Source of the DNA: an uncultured Gemmatimonadota bacterium
GTDB lineage: Bacteria > JAAXHH01
Direction: 5' to 3'
NCBI GenBank assembly: GCA_951812955.1
Contig: OX638340.1
Span: 192,001-256,000, forward strand
DNA length: 64,000 bases
Made by a program: the position numbers and the translations under genes. This document shows, piece after piece, positions 39,091 to 49,079 of this stretch. Each line of letters starts with the position of its first letter. Positions within the stretch are counted from its first letter, which is position 1. The notes under the pieces were generated by a model. The model did no database searches and was not told where the DNA came from. It was given only the letters and a program-made list of their open reading frames with translations.

Positions 39091-40635
39091 TTGAAACAGC
39101 TTTCGAAATTGCTGGCCGCGTTACCTCAAAAAAAAGTCATCAGCCGGCTGAATGCCTCGAACCGGGCGGACCGGGCGGACCGGGCAGTCCAGGCGGACTA
39201 TGCGGACCATGCGGACCATGCGGACCAGGAGATTGGAACCATAGTCCATGACTCGAGGTCCGTAGAGCCAGGCGATGTTTTTGTCGCGCTCCGCGAGCCT
39301 TCGGGCCGCGACGGCCGCAGGTACGCCCGCGACGCGGTTGCACGGGGCGCTTCGGTAGTGGTACAGGAAAGCGAGGAGGGCCTGGATGACGCGATCGTGA
39401 TAAGCGTTCCGGACACTTCCAGGGCTCTGGGCTTGATGGCCGCGGCGTACTACGGTCAGCCGGCGACCGACCTTTGTCTGATCGGTATTACGGGGACCAA
39501 CGGAAAGACGACCGTGTCATTGCTGGTCGAGGCTATCCTTCGGGAATGTGGCTGGGCCGTGGGCGGGATCGGCACGCTGGGCAGCCGGTTCATGGGCAAT
39601 GTGCTCGACTGGAAACTGGGCCACACCACGCCCTATCCGATGGAGCTGCACGGCACCCTGAGGAAGATCCGGGACCGGGGAGGCGAATGCGTCGTCATGG
39701 AAGTATCCTCTCACAGCCTGGTCTGGCAACGCCTGTCCGGCCTGCGATTCACCACGGGCGTCTTTACGAATCTCTCCAGGGAACACCTGGACGACCACAA
39801 GACCTTCGACGCTTACAAGGAAGCGAAGATGGTGCTTTTCTCGAAATACCTCGAGGAGAAAGGCAACGCCGTCCTGAACATGGACGATCCGGCCTATGTC
39901 CATTTCAAGGACGCATCGCGCGCACAGGTGCGATCATACGGACTGGACAAGAAGGCTGACGTCCGCAGGGCGGGTCCAATAGGATACTATGCTGACCGGA
40001 CCGTCATGAAAGTGCAGATTCAATCCGGTCCCCCTTTCAACGTGACCTTGCCTCTCCTGGGTCGTTTCAACGCGTACAACGCCCTGGCAGCCATATCCGT
40101 GGGGCTGGGATTCGGCATCGACTGTGAACTGATGAGCCGGGCCATGTCACGAGTCAGGGTACCCGGCCGGCTTGAGCGCGTCGAGGCTGGACAGCCTTTC
40201 AACGTGCTCGTGGATTTCGCCCATACGCCCGACGCACTCGGCGCCGTACTGTCCGCCTGCCGGGAATGGACCCGTGGAAGCCTGACCGTCGTATTCGGTT
40301 GCGGCGGGGACCGTGATCCCGGCAAGCGGCCGCTGATGGCCCGTGCGGCGTCCACCCACGCCGACGTAGTCATCGTGACGACCGACAACCCGAGAACGGA
40401 ACCGCCCGACCGGATCATAAGAGATATCGAGCCGGGTCTCCTGCCCCACGTCCGGTCCCATATAGTCCAGGACCGCGGCGAAGCGATCCATAAGGCCCTC
40501 AGCGATGCCGGCGAAGGAGACACCGTGCTGATCGCCGGAAGAGGAGACACGGCCTACCAGATCGTTGGCGAATCGCAAATCGAGTTCGACGACCGGTTCA
40601 AGGCCAGGGAATGTCTCGAGGCGCACTATGGATAA
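39091..40635 (+). CDS. murE: UDP-MurNAc-L-Ala-D-Glu:meso-DAP ligase MurE (with ~25-aa repeat-rich N-terminal extension)
   Basis: GITGTNGKTT P-loop, DNPR and meso-DAP-type C-terminal motifs. Confidence 0.9.
   Translation: MKQLSKLLAALPQKKVISRLNASNRADRADRAVQADYADHADHADQEIGTIVHDSRSVEPGDVFVALREPSGRDGRRYARDAVARGASVVVQESEEGLDDAIVISVPDTSRALGLMAAAYYGQPATDLCLIGITGTNGKTTVSLLVEAILRECGWAVGGIGTLGSRFMGNVLDWKLGHTTPYPMELHGTLRKIRDRGGECVVMEVSSHSLVWQRLSGLRFTTGVFTNLSREHLDDHKTFDAYKEAKMVLFSKYLEEKGNAVLNMDDPAYVHFKDASRAQVRSYGLDKKADVRRAGPIGYYADRTVMKVQIQSGPPFNVTLPLLGRFNAYNALAAISVGLGFGIDCELMSRAMSRVRVPGRLERVEAGQPFNVLVDFAHTPDALGAVLSACREWTRGSLTVVFGCGGDRDPGKRPLMARAASTHADVVIVTTDNPRTEPPDRIIRDIEPGLLPHVRSHIVQDRGEAIHKALSDAGEGDTVLIAGRGDTAYQIVGESQIEFDDRFKARECLEAHYG
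39160..39227 (+). repeat. In-frame 9-nt tandem repeats in murE 5' region (ccgggcgga x3-like then gcggac(c/t)at x4) encoding RADRADRAVQADYADHADHAD
   Basis: aaccgggcggaccgggcggaccgggcag...gcggactatgcggaccatgcggaccatgcggaccag; preceded by an A8 homopolymer at 39129-39136. Confidence 0.85.
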
Positions 40636-42049
40636 CCGCAATGGGTCGGCGGCGCCCACGTTGCTGGAAATAGCCGATATCATGGGCGGGAGACTGCATG
40701 TATCCATCCCCGCGCTTGGTCACAGACGGATCACGGGCGTTTGTTCCGATACGCGGCGTATCGCGGAGGGCAACCTGTTCGTCGCGATTGCAGGTGAACG
40801 GTACGACGGTCACGATTTCGTGCCTGAAGCCATGCGCTCGGGAGCGTGTGCGTCGCTGGTTGCGGCCGATTGGCTCGCGGGTCGGCCGGACCGGGAGACT
40901 CCGGATGACGCGCGGATCGTCGTGCCGGAAGTACTTCCGGCCCTGCAGGCATTCGCCGGTTGGCACCGAAGACGATTCGATCTGCCGGTAATCGCGGTTA
41001 CGGGTTCCAGCGGGAAGACCACCACGAAGAACATGATGGCCGCCGTGCTGGGAGAGCGCTACAGGGTTTTCAAAACACCGGGGAACCTGAATAGCCAGCT
41101 GGGAGTCTCCGAATCGCTGTTCTCGCTGCACGAAGGCCACGGCGCGGCGGTACTTGAACTGGGTATGAACCGGGCAGGTGAACTGACCCGGCTGTCCCGA
41201 ATGACCTGTCCATCCGTTGGCGTGATTACCAATGTGGGGCCCGCGCATATCGAGTTTTTCGAATCGATCGAAGGAATCGCCCGGGCCAAGGGCGAAATTC
41301 TCGACAATCTGCCAGGGGCGGGAAGCGCGGTGCTAAACGCCGACGACCCCCTCGTCATGAAGCAGGCCGTTCGCAGTCCGGCGCGAGTCGTTACGTTTGG
41401 ACGCAGCGAGGGAGCCGACGTAAGGCTGGCAAGCGCAACGACCGCACTGACCGGATCGACTTTCGCCTTGTCGGATGGCGCATCCTTTCGAATAAACCTG
41501 TTGGGGGAACACCAGGTCATGAATGCAATGGCCGCCGTGGCGGTGGGCAGGATTTCGGGAATCGACGACCAGGACATCGCTCGCGCGTTGCGAAACTTGG
41601 ATCCCACGCCCATGCGCATGGAATACAGGAAGGTGGGCGCCGTGCACCTGATCGACGACACATACAATGCCAATCCGTCGTCGATGAAGGCGGCCCTGGA
41701 CACGCTGGCGACTGCCGGAGGCCGTAAACTGGTCGTCCTCGGGGATATGCTGGAACTGGGCGAACTGGGCATGGCGGCGCACAGGGAAATCGGAAAACGC
41801 GCCGCGGATGTGGCGGAACGGATCGTCACGGTGGGAGAACTGGCCCGCGAAATCGCCGGAGCCGCGATGCATGCGGGGATGCCGGCGTCGCGCGTCTCGT
41901 CCTGCCTTTCCAACGACGAGGCGGTCGCTGAGGTAATGGCGGGAATCGAAGCCGTCGACGTCATACTCGTCAAGGGATCGCGCGGCATGCGGATGGAAAC
42001 GATCGTTGAATCCCTGGAACTAGCACTGGGCCATACCGAAACGGAGTGA
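40628..42049 (+). CDS. murF: UDP-MurNAc-tripeptide:D-Ala-D-Ala ligase MurF
   Basis: GSSGKTTTK P-loop; ATG 40628 overlaps murE stop; Mur ligase middle/C domains. Confidence 0.9.
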   Translation: MDNRNGSAAPTLLEIADIMGGRLHVSIPALGHRRITGVCSDTRRIAEGNLFVAIAGERYDGHDFVPEAMRSGACASLVAADWLAGRPDRETPDDARIVVPEVLPALQAFAGWHRRRFDLPVIAVTGSSGKTTTKNMMAAVLGERYRVFKTPGNLNSQLGVSESLFSLHEGHGAAVLELGMNRAGELTRLSRMTCPSVGVITNVGPAHIEFFESIEGIARAKGEILDNLPGAGSAVLNADDPLVMKQAVRSPARVVTFGRSEGADVRLASATTALTGSTFALSDGASFRINLLGEHQVMNAMAAVAVGRISGIDDQDIARALRNLDPTPMRMEYRKVGAVHLIDDTYNANPSSMKAALDTLATAGGRKLVVLGDMLELGELGMAAHREIGKRAADVAERIVTVGELAREIAGAAMHAGMPASRVSSCLSNDEAVAEVMAGIEAVDVILVKGSRGMRMETIVESLELALGHTETE

Positions 42050-42053
42050 TTCC

Positions 42054-43196
42054 GTGTTACATCAGCGAATCGATCTTCCACTGCTGGTTTCATCCCTGCT
42101 CCTCCTGGGCGTGGGATCGGTCATGATTTACAGCGCGAGTTCAGCCGTTGCCGAAGAGATGTTTTCCGGCGACAGTGGTTTCTTCGTCAAACGCTACCTG
42201 GTCAGGTTGATTCTCGGAATCGTCATCCTGGTCCTGTTCGCCAGCCTGAATTACCAGAAACTCGGGAAGTGGTCCCCATTACTGGTTGCCGTCGGCATGG
42301 TGTTTCTCGTGCTCCTCTTTGTTCCCGGTATCGGCCTGACCATCCGGGGCGCGACCCGCACCTTGAGCATGTTCTCCACGACGATTCAGCCCGCGGAAGG
42401 GATCAAGGTCGCCCTGGTCATATACCTGGCCTACTGGCTGGACAGGCGCCAGAACGTCATGGACCGTTTCTTCATCGGATTTCTGCCCGGAATAGCGGTG
42501 GTCGCGGCAGCCTGCCTGCTGATTGTCCTGCAGCCGGATTATGGTACCGCGATCGTGCTTGCCGCAACCTCGTTCGCGATGCTCTACATCGGCCGCGCGC
42601 GGATGCTGCACCTGGCAAGCACCGTGGGAATCATGTTGCCGGTCCTTTTCTACAGACTGTATTCGTCGGCTCACAGCCGGCAGCGTCTCATGGCTTATTT
42701 CGATCGGCTTTTCGGCAATTCCGTCGATCAGTCCGTCAATCTGCAAGGTGCGGACTACCAACTGCAACAAGCGCTGATCAGTCTGGGTACAGGCGGCGTA
42801 TTTGGAAACGGTCTGGGACAAAGCCGTCAGAAGTTTCTGTTCCTTCCCGATCCCCACACTGACTTCGTGTTCGCGGTGATTGGCGAAGAACTCGGTTTTC
42901 TGGGGTCGATGGCGGTGCTGGGCCTCTTTGTCGTATTCGCCTGGAGGGGTTTCAGGGTCGCCCGCATGGCACCTGACACCTTCGGGTTTTTCCTGGCGTC
43001 CGGGCTTACTATTCTTATCACACTGCACGTGCTGGTGAACATCGGTGTGGTGACGGGCATGCTCCCCACCACGGGGCTTCCGCTACCCTTCCTGAGCTAT
43101 GGCGGGTCCTGGCTGCTTTTCTGCATGATGAGCATCGGGATACTGCTGAACATTTCCAGAATGACATACCGGTGCCAGAGACTGAAATATGACTGA
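42054..43196 (+). CDS. ftsW: SEDS-family peptidoglycan glycosyltransferase FtsW
   Basis: LPDPHTDFVFAVIGEELGF, LPLPFLSYGGSWLL SEDS motifs; directly follows murF (no mraY/murD between). Confidence 0.85.
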   Translation: MLHQRIDLPLLVSSLLLLGVGSVMIYSASSAVAEEMFSGDSGFFVKRYLVRLILGIVILVLFASLNYQKLGKWSPLLVAVGMVFLVLLFVPGIGLTIRGATRTLSMFSTTIQPAEGIKVALVIYLAYWLDRRQNVMDRFFIGFLPGIAVVAAACLLIVLQPDYGTAIVLAATSFAMLYIGRARMLHLASTVGIMLPVLFYRLYSSAHSRQRLMAYFDRLFGNSVDQSVNLQGADYQLQQALISLGTGGVFGNGLGQSRQKFLFLPDPHTDFVFAVIGEELGFLGSMAVLGLFVVFAWRGFRVARMAPDTFGFFLASGLTILITLHVLVNIGVVTGMLPTTGLPLPFLSYGGSWLLFCMMSIGILLNISRMTYRCQRLKYD

Positions 43197-44607
43197 TCGG
43201 CAAAATACGGACATTGCATGCCGTCACGCGCATTTCATCGGCATAGGCGGAATCGGAATGAGCGGTCTGGCTGAACTGATGCTCGAATTTGGTTACGAAG
43301 TGAGCGGATCGGACCTGCGGCGAACACAGCTGACGGACCGGCTCAGCGGTCTCGGAGCGTCCGTCTTCCACAGCCACGACCCGGGCAACGCGGCGGGTGC
43401 GGACCTGATCGTGTACTCTTCCGCAATTCCGGAGGACAATCCCGAACTCGAAGCGGCCCGTAGGCATGGCGTACGTTTGGTCCGCCGCGCCGAACTGCTC
43501 GGTATACTGATGCGCGGGGCACGAAGTATCGCCGTGGCGGGCGCTCACGGCAAGACGTCCACGTCGGCGATGATCGTAAACGTACTGGCCGCCGCGGGCC
43601 TGGATCCGACCGCCGCCATAGGCGGGATCATGACGGAGAACGGATCCAACGTCCGGCACGGCAGCGGATCGTGGATGGTCGCGGAAGCCGATGAATATGA
43701 TCGTTCGTTCCATGCGCTGGCTCCGACTACGGCAGTAATCACATCGGTGGACGCAGACCACCTGGAATACTACGGATCGCAGGAAGCCATAGATGCAGCC
43801 TTCACTACTTTCGCCCATCTCGTACCCGAGGACAGGCCGTTGTTCGTGTGTGCCGACGACCCGGGCATCCGCAGGATCAGTCCCGCGCTGCGCCGACGGC
43901 TGGTGACCTACGGCCTTTCCGGTCACGCCTGCATCCGGGCAGACCGGGTGGCGACCGAAGGCTGGAGCATTTCCGCCGAAGTATTCGTGCGGGACGTTCC
44001 GGCCGGCCGGCTGGTTTTGCCTCAGCCCGGCGAGTGCAACCTGGTCAATGCCCTGGCGGCCATCAGTGTGGCCGACTACCTCGAAATACCCGTCGAGCGG
44101 ACCCTGGCGGCCCTGGCGGATTACCGGGGACTGAGGAGACGTTTCGAAGTACTCGGAAGGATTCAAGGTGTGGAGGTAGTGGACGACTATGCCCACCATC
44201 CCGTCGAAATCGAGGCGGCGTTGCTCGCCCTGTCAAACGCGGGAGCCCGGCGCATGTTCGTCATATTCCAACCCCACCTCTTCAGCCGAACGCAGCATCT
44301 GTGCCGCGAATTCGGGCGCGTACTCGGGCGGTTTCCCGCATATCGGAAGATCGTTACGGACGTGTACCCCTCCAGGGAAACGCCGCGGGAGGGGGTTACG
44401 GGTGAGTTGATCGTCAGGGCGTCGAGCGCATTCGGAGGAGGCGTCGCGTACATGCCGGACAAGAACCGCATCGCGACCACCCTGGTGGACGATCTCGAGA
44501 AAGGGGACATGGTGCTGACGCTCGGCGCGGGGGACATCGACGAAGTAGGACGGCAGGTTTGCGAACTACTTAGGAAACGCGGGGTCAGGTCCCATGCATG
44601 TATATGA
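43189..44607 (+). CDS. murC: UDP-N-acetylmuramate:L-alanine ligase MurC
   Basis: HFIGIGGIGMSGLAE N-terminal Rossmann, GAHGKTSTSAM P-loop; directly follows ftsW (no murG between). Confidence 0.9.
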   Translation: MTDRQNTDIACRHAHFIGIGGIGMSGLAELMLEFGYEVSGSDLRRTQLTDRLSGLGASVFHSHDPGNAAGADLIVYSSAIPEDNPELEAARRHGVRLVRRAELLGILMRGARSIAVAGAHGKTSTSAMIVNVLAAAGLDPTAAIGGIMTENGSNVRHGSGSWMVAEADEYDRSFHALAPTTAVITSVDADHLEYYGSQEAIDAAFTTFAHLVPEDRPLFVCADDPGIRRISPALRRRLVTYGLSGHACIRADRVATEGWSISAEVFVRDVPAGRLVLPQPGECNLVNALAAISVADYLEIPVERTLAALADYRGLRRRFEVLGRIQGVEVVDDYAHHPVEIEAALLALSNAGARRMFVIFQPHLFSRTQHLCREFGRVLGRFPAYRKIVTDVYPSRETPREGVTGELIVRASSAFGGGVAYMPDKNRIATTLVDDLEKGDMVLTLGAGDIDEVGRQVCELLRKRGVRSHACI

Positions 44608-45520
44608 AATGCTCAGTGGGTCGATCGCTTCCGAACGGCTGCGGTGCGACGAGGGCCTTGATCGGCATTCTACTTACCGGGTCGGAGGGCCGGCGGACGT
44701 GATGTGCCTGCCTCGAACCCGATCGGAACTGCTGGATGTCGTCACCGCTGCAAGCGTGCGCGGGATACCCTGGCTGGTGGTGGGAAACGGGAGCAATATC
44801 CTCTTCTCGGATGACGGATTCCGCGGTCTGGTGATCAAGATAAGAGGCGCGGTCCCGGTGGAGGGGACGCTGTGGCAATTGGCGCAGGAAGGTGATTTCA
44901 TCCGGGCGGGCGCGGGCGTCAGCCTGCCTCGACTCGCCAGGTCGGCGGCGGCCGCGGGACTGAGCGGACTGGAGTTCTGCACCGGGATACCCGGCGTGGT
45001 TGGCGGATCCATCCGGGGCAACGCCGGCGCTCACGGGAGTGATCTGGGCGCTGTAGTGGAGTCTGTGGAAATGATTCGGCCATCCGGTGACATCGTGACG
45101 ATCAGGGCTTCGGAGGCCGGGTTTTCCTATCGGGAAAGTGAAATTGAGCCGGACAGCATCGTGACCGGGGCGGTGTTCAGGCTGACGCCGGATGAACCGG
45201 AGAACGTGCAAGAACGCATAAGGGTCTTCACCGAATACAGAAAGCGCACGCAGCCGTCCTCCGATCAGAGTGCCGGGTGCATGTTTAAAAACCCGGTGGG
45301 CGACAGTGCCGGAAGGCTGATCGACGCGGCCGGGTGCAAAGGACTTCAGGTCGGCGGATCGAGGGTGTCCGAAATCCACGGTAATTTCGTAATCAACCTG
45401 GGTGGTGCAACGGCGTCGGACGCGTTGCGGTTGATCGACCTGGTTCGCGAACGGGTCTTCGAGCGAACCGGCGTAGCCCTCGAACTCGAGGTGCGCGTGA
45501 TGAAATCGGGCGTGGTATGA
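44594..45520 (+). CDS. murB: UDP-N-acetylenolpyruvoylglucosamine reductase MurB
   Basis: FAD-binding VGGPADV...LVVGNGSNILFSD, C-terminal MurB domain GNFVINLGGATASD. Confidence 0.88.
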   Translation: MHVYEMLSGSIASERLRCDEGLDRHSTYRVGGPADVMCLPRTRSELLDVVTAASVRGIPWLVVGNGSNILFSDDGFRGLVIKIRGAVPVEGTLWQLAQEGDFIRAGAGVSLPRLARSAAAAGLSGLEFCTGIPGVVGGSIRGNAGAHGSDLGAVVESVEMIRPSGDIVTIRASEAGFSYRESEIEPDSIVTGAVFRLTPDEPENVQERIRVFTEYRKRTQPSSDQSAGCMFKNPVGDSAGRLIDAAGCKGLQVGGSRVSEIHGNFVINLGGATASDALRLIDLVRERVFERTGVALELEVRVMKSGVV

Positions 45521-46359
45521 ATTCGAACAGGATGCGTTTCACATTCCGTTTGATGACCGGACTTGCGATTGTCCTGCTCGCCTCAGGTACGACGGCCGGA
45601 CTGGTCATGGGAGGCCTGGCGCTGTCCAGGTGGACTGAGAACTCGCCGGTTTTCAATCTGGACGCCATCGTCGTCGAGGGGAACAGGATCGCTGGCAAGG
45701 AGGACATCATCCGGGTTTCCGGCCTCGAAATGGGCAAGAACATCTGGTCGGCCGACCTCGAGGAGACCGGACGGCGACTCATGCTCGACACGCGGTTCGA
45801 TCGGGTCGCGCTGAGCAGGAGGTTACCCGGTACCGTCGTCGTTCGGGTGAAGGAACTGCAGCCCATCGCCATTGTACAGCTGGATCGCCTCTACGGAGTC
45901 TCCGAACGCGCCGAGCTGATCCCGCTTTCACCGGGAAACGGGTTGCCGGACCTTCCCGTGATTACCATCGACGCTTCAGGTTTCCGGCCGGAGTCAGGCG
46001 CCGCGGAATCGCGGGACCTTCATTTCGAAACGCTCAGGGAAGCCATGCTGGTCGATCCCGAGATGGGCCGCGCCCTCTACCTCATGCGGGTGCTCAGAGC
46101 GATGTCTCCGGGGATGTACGACGAGTTATCCGAGATTCACATGTCCAGACCGAATGACCCGATCGCCTACATGGTGGAAGGCGGATTGGCCATACGGTTC
46201 GGAACGGGACACTACCCCCGGAAGATCGAGATGCTCAGACGAACTGTGGAGCGGTTGGAAGCCGACGCCATCAGGACCCGGTTGATCGATCTGAGGTTCA
46301 AGGACCAGGTTATCGTCCGCCCGGTTGTATCCAGCCGGTCCCTGGACAGGCGTTCGTAG
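45517..46359 (+). CDS. ftsQ: Cell division protein FtsQ/DivIB (POTRA domain)
   Basis: N-terminal TM, POTRA segment IVVEGNRIAGKEDIIRVSGLEMGKNIW; ATGA overlap with murB; no ddl between murB and ftsQ. Confidence 0.8.
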   Translation: MNSNRMRFTFRLMTGLAIVLLASGTTAGLVMGGLALSRWTENSPVFNLDAIVVEGNRIAGKEDIIRVSGLEMGKNIWSADLEETGRRLMLDTRFDRVALSRRLPGTVVVRVKELQPIAIVQLDRLYGVSERAELIPLSPGNGLPDLPVITIDASGFRPESGAAESRDLHFETLREAMLVDPEMGRALYLMRVLRAMSPGMYDELSEIHMSRPNDPIAYMVEGGLAIRFGTGHYPRKIEMLRRTVERLEADAIRTRLIDLRFKDQVIVRPVVSSRSLDRRS

Positions 46360-46377
46360 CGGTAAAAGGAGTTTCGC

Positions 46378-47598
46378 ATGGCCCGTGAATGTATAGCTGC
46401 ACTCGACCTGGGCACGACCAAAACGGTCGTGTTGATCGGCGAGATGACTGACGCCGGCCTCCGGATCCTGGGCGAGGGTACGTGCCGGTCCCAGGGCCTC
46501 CGGCGAGGCGTCCCGGTCAATATGGACGAAGCTGCCCGTTCGATCGCGGAGACGATTCAGGTCGCGGAACAGGCGGCCGAAGCCAGGATAAGCGAGGTCT
46601 ATGTCGGGTGTTCCGGCGATCACATCGAAAGTGTCAACAGCAGAGGCGTCGTGGCCATTTCGTCCGACGGGGGACGGGGCGTGACGCGTAAGGACGTTGC
46701 TCGCGCCTTCGATTCCGCGACGGCCCTGAGGATTCCCATGGACCGCCAGGTCATCCATGTGCTCGCACAGGACTATATCGTGGACGACCAGTGCGGTATC
46801 CGCGACCCGTGCGGCATGTCCGGCGTCCGGCTTGAAGTGCTGGTGCACATCGTGACCGGGGCGATCACCTCGTTGCGGAATGTACGCAATTGCATCATGC
46901 AGTCCGGAATTCAAGTCCGGGAAATCGTCCTCGATTCGCTCGCCGCGAGCCAGGCGGTGCTCACATCCGACGAAAAAGAGCTGGGTGTCGTTCTCCTCGA
47001 CCTCGGCGGGGGCACCACGAACATCGCGCTGTTCCAAGACGGCAGCATCCGGCATTCGTCGGTTATTCCCGCCGGAGGAATCAACCTTACGAACGATATC
47101 GCGATCGGTCTCCGCACCCCGCATGAAGATGCCGAACGAATAAAGCGGCACTACGCGAGCGCGGTATATGTCCGCTCGGAAAGGGACAACATGATTGAAG
47201 TACCCGGGGTCGGCGGACGCGAGTCGCGTATGGTGACGCGGGAGGAATTGGCGTTCGTGGTCGGCCCACGGATCAAGGAGCTTCTGGTCCTCGCTCGGGA
47301 GACGATCAGGAACAGTGGATTCGAACACCTGGTCCGCACCGGTATCGTTATCACAGGGGGCGGTGCGCTGATGCCGGGTATTGCGAAACTGACGGAACAG
47401 GTCTTCGGCATGTCCGCGAAAATCGGTGCGCCGGAGGAAGTTCACGGCCTGGCCGATGATGGGAACGCCCCCCTGTACGCAACCGGTGTAGGCTTGTTGC
47501 GCCACGCAGCGGACAGCTCGTCAGGAAAAAAGTGGCACCATGATACGGAAGGAGGATGGCTGGATCGTGTGAGAAGCCGGATCGTAGCCATGTTGTAG
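46378..47598 (+). CDS. ftsA: Cell division protein FtsA
   Basis: Actin-fold motifs IAALDLGTTK, VLLDLGGGTTNIALF; position before ftsZ. Confidence 0.9.
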   Translation: MARECIAALDLGTTKTVVLIGEMTDAGLRILGEGTCRSQGLRRGVPVNMDEAARSIAETIQVAEQAAEARISEVYVGCSGDHIESVNSRGVVAISSDGGRGVTRKDVARAFDSATALRIPMDRQVIHVLAQDYIVDDQCGIRDPCGMSGVRLEVLVHIVTGAITSLRNVRNCIMQSGIQVREIVLDSLAASQAVLTSDEKELGVVLLDLGGGTTNIALFQDGSIRHSSVIPAGGINLTNDIAIGLRTPHEDAERIKRHYASAVYVRSERDNMIEVPGVGGRESRMVTREELAFVVGPRIKELLVLARETIRNSGFEHLVRTGIVITGGGALMPGIAKLTEQVFGMSAKIGAPEEVHGLADDGNAPLYATGVGLLRHAADSSSGKKWHHDTEGGWLDRVRSRIVAML

Positions 47599-47666
47599 CA
47601 CACACCATGCGCTATCGTACGGATTCGGCGGTTTGCTAACTCAAACCCCACAGAAGGAGGCAGGAA

Positions 47667-48839
47667 ATGTCTACTTTCGACTTTGATGCGGAACCGGGAT
47701 TGTTTGCCCGCATGAAAATAATCGGCGTAGGCGGCGCAGGAAAGAACGCCGTCAACCACATGGTTGAAATCGGCGTCCCGGGCGTTGATTTTCTAGTCGC
47801 CAACACCGACGCGCAGGACCTGGCGGGTTCCAATGTGAAGTACAAGATACAGCTGGGACAGGAAACTACCCGTGGACTCGGCGCCGGCGCTAATCCCGAC
47901 GTGGGCCGCAAAGCCGCGGAGGAAAGCCGGGACGAAATCGCGGAACACCTGACCGACATCGACATGGTGTTCATCACGGCGGGTATGGGGGGAGGCACGG
48001 GAAGCGGCGCCGCGCCGGTGATTGCCCAGATTGCGAAGGAACTGGGTGTGCTGGCCGTCGGCGTCGTGACCAAGCCGTTCGCGTTCGAGGGACCCAAGCG
48101 TGCGGCGAACGCCGAGACCGGGCTCTCAGCTTTGAAGGAACATGTAGATACGGTGGTCATCATACCAAACCAGAAACTGAAGGAGGCCGTGAGCCGCAAC
48201 ACCACATTCAAAGACGCGCTCAAGGTGGCCGACGAAGTCCTGTTGCAGGCCACGCGCGGCATTTCGGACCTGGTTACACTGCCCGGATTGATCAATGTCG
48301 ATTTCGCCGATATCAGGACGACCATGGAGAACAAGGGCGAAGCCCTGATGGGAACCGGCGAAGCCGATGGCGACAAGCGTGCGCTGGAAGCGGCGGAACG
48401 GGCCATGCGGCACCCGTTGCTGGCGGACATGGACATCGACGGGGCCAAGGATATTCTGCTCAATATATCGGGCGGCCAGGACATGACCCTGTTCGAAGTG
48501 GAAGAGGTGATGACCACGGTTCAGGCGGCCGCGGGACATACCAACATCATCATGGGTACGGTCCTCGACGAAAGCCTCGACGGCAAGGTCCGCGTAACGG
48601 TGATCGCCACGGGGCTGGACCAGTCGATGGCTGCCCCTGACGATATGTTGACGCGTAACATCCTGAAGTTTCAGCCGGACCGCCCTAACGAACTGGAAAC
48701 GCCGGCCTTTCAGCGTGTCAAGCGCAACGGGTTCGATACGGAAGAAGTGACCGTCGGCGACCCTTCTGACGACGCGGTCGACAACAACGGGCTGGACGTG
48801 CCGACCTACATGCGTCGCAGGCGGGCTTTCGGTTCGTAG
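47667..48839 (+). CDS. ftsZ: Cell division GTPase FtsZ
   Basis: Tubulin signature GGGTGSGAAPV, IGVGGAGKNAV; GAAGGAGG RBS. Confidence 0.95.
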   Translation: MSTFDFDAEPGLFARMKIIGVGGAGKNAVNHMVEIGVPGVDFLVANTDAQDLAGSNVKYKIQLGQETTRGLGAGANPDVGRKAAEESRDEIAEHLTDIDMVFITAGMGGGTGSGAAPVIAQIAKELGVLAVGVVTKPFAFEGPKRAANAETGLSALKEHVDTVVIIPNQKLKEAVSRNTTFKDALKVADEVLLQATRGISDLVTLPGLINVDFADIRTTMENKGEALMGTGEADGDKRALEAAERAMRHPLLADMDIDGAKDILLNISGGQDMTLFEVEEVMTTVQAAAGHTNIIMGTVLDESLDGKVRVTVIATGLDQSMAAPDDMLTRNILKFQPDRPNELETPAFQRVKRNGFDTEEVTVGDPSDDAVDNNGLDVPTYMRRRRAFGS

Positions 48840-48902
48840 CATTCCGCATCATTCCGCGCCCGCAAGGGCGATTCGGGTGACTGCCATACAGGGTGAATTT
48901 GA

Positions 48903-48931
48903 TTGACAGACCCGCGTCGGCGCGGTATTTT
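48903..48931 (+). promoter_or_regulatory. Candidate promoter TTGACA-N17-TATTTT for valS
   Basis: TTGACA 48903-48908, 17-nt spacer, TATTTT 48926-48931 in the ftsZ/valS gap. Confidence 0.5.
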
Positions 48932-49079
48932 GAGGCAGGCGATTTTCGCGTTGCTGCTTTCAAGATACCGTCCCGATGGAGGGCGTAGTCTTACCTGTTC
49001 CGGTATACAGTCTGATTACGGCCATTCCATAACCTGTTCTATTTAGTAACGCTCGATACGACAGGGAGAAACATCCTAG

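Noticed and set aside
39140-39343. Minus-strand ORF with collagen-like PHGPHGPHSPPGLPGPPGPPG translation
   Set aside because: It is simply the reverse complement of the 9-nt tandem repeats at the 5' end of murE, not a collagen-like gene.
42054-43196. Whether the ORF after murF might actually be mraY (expected position) rather than ftsW
   Set aside because: Sequence has SEDS-family motifs (PDPHTDFVFAVIGEELGF, LPFLSYGGS) and no MraY D-D-x-x-D/H-rich loops. mraY is therefore genuinely absent from this cluster.
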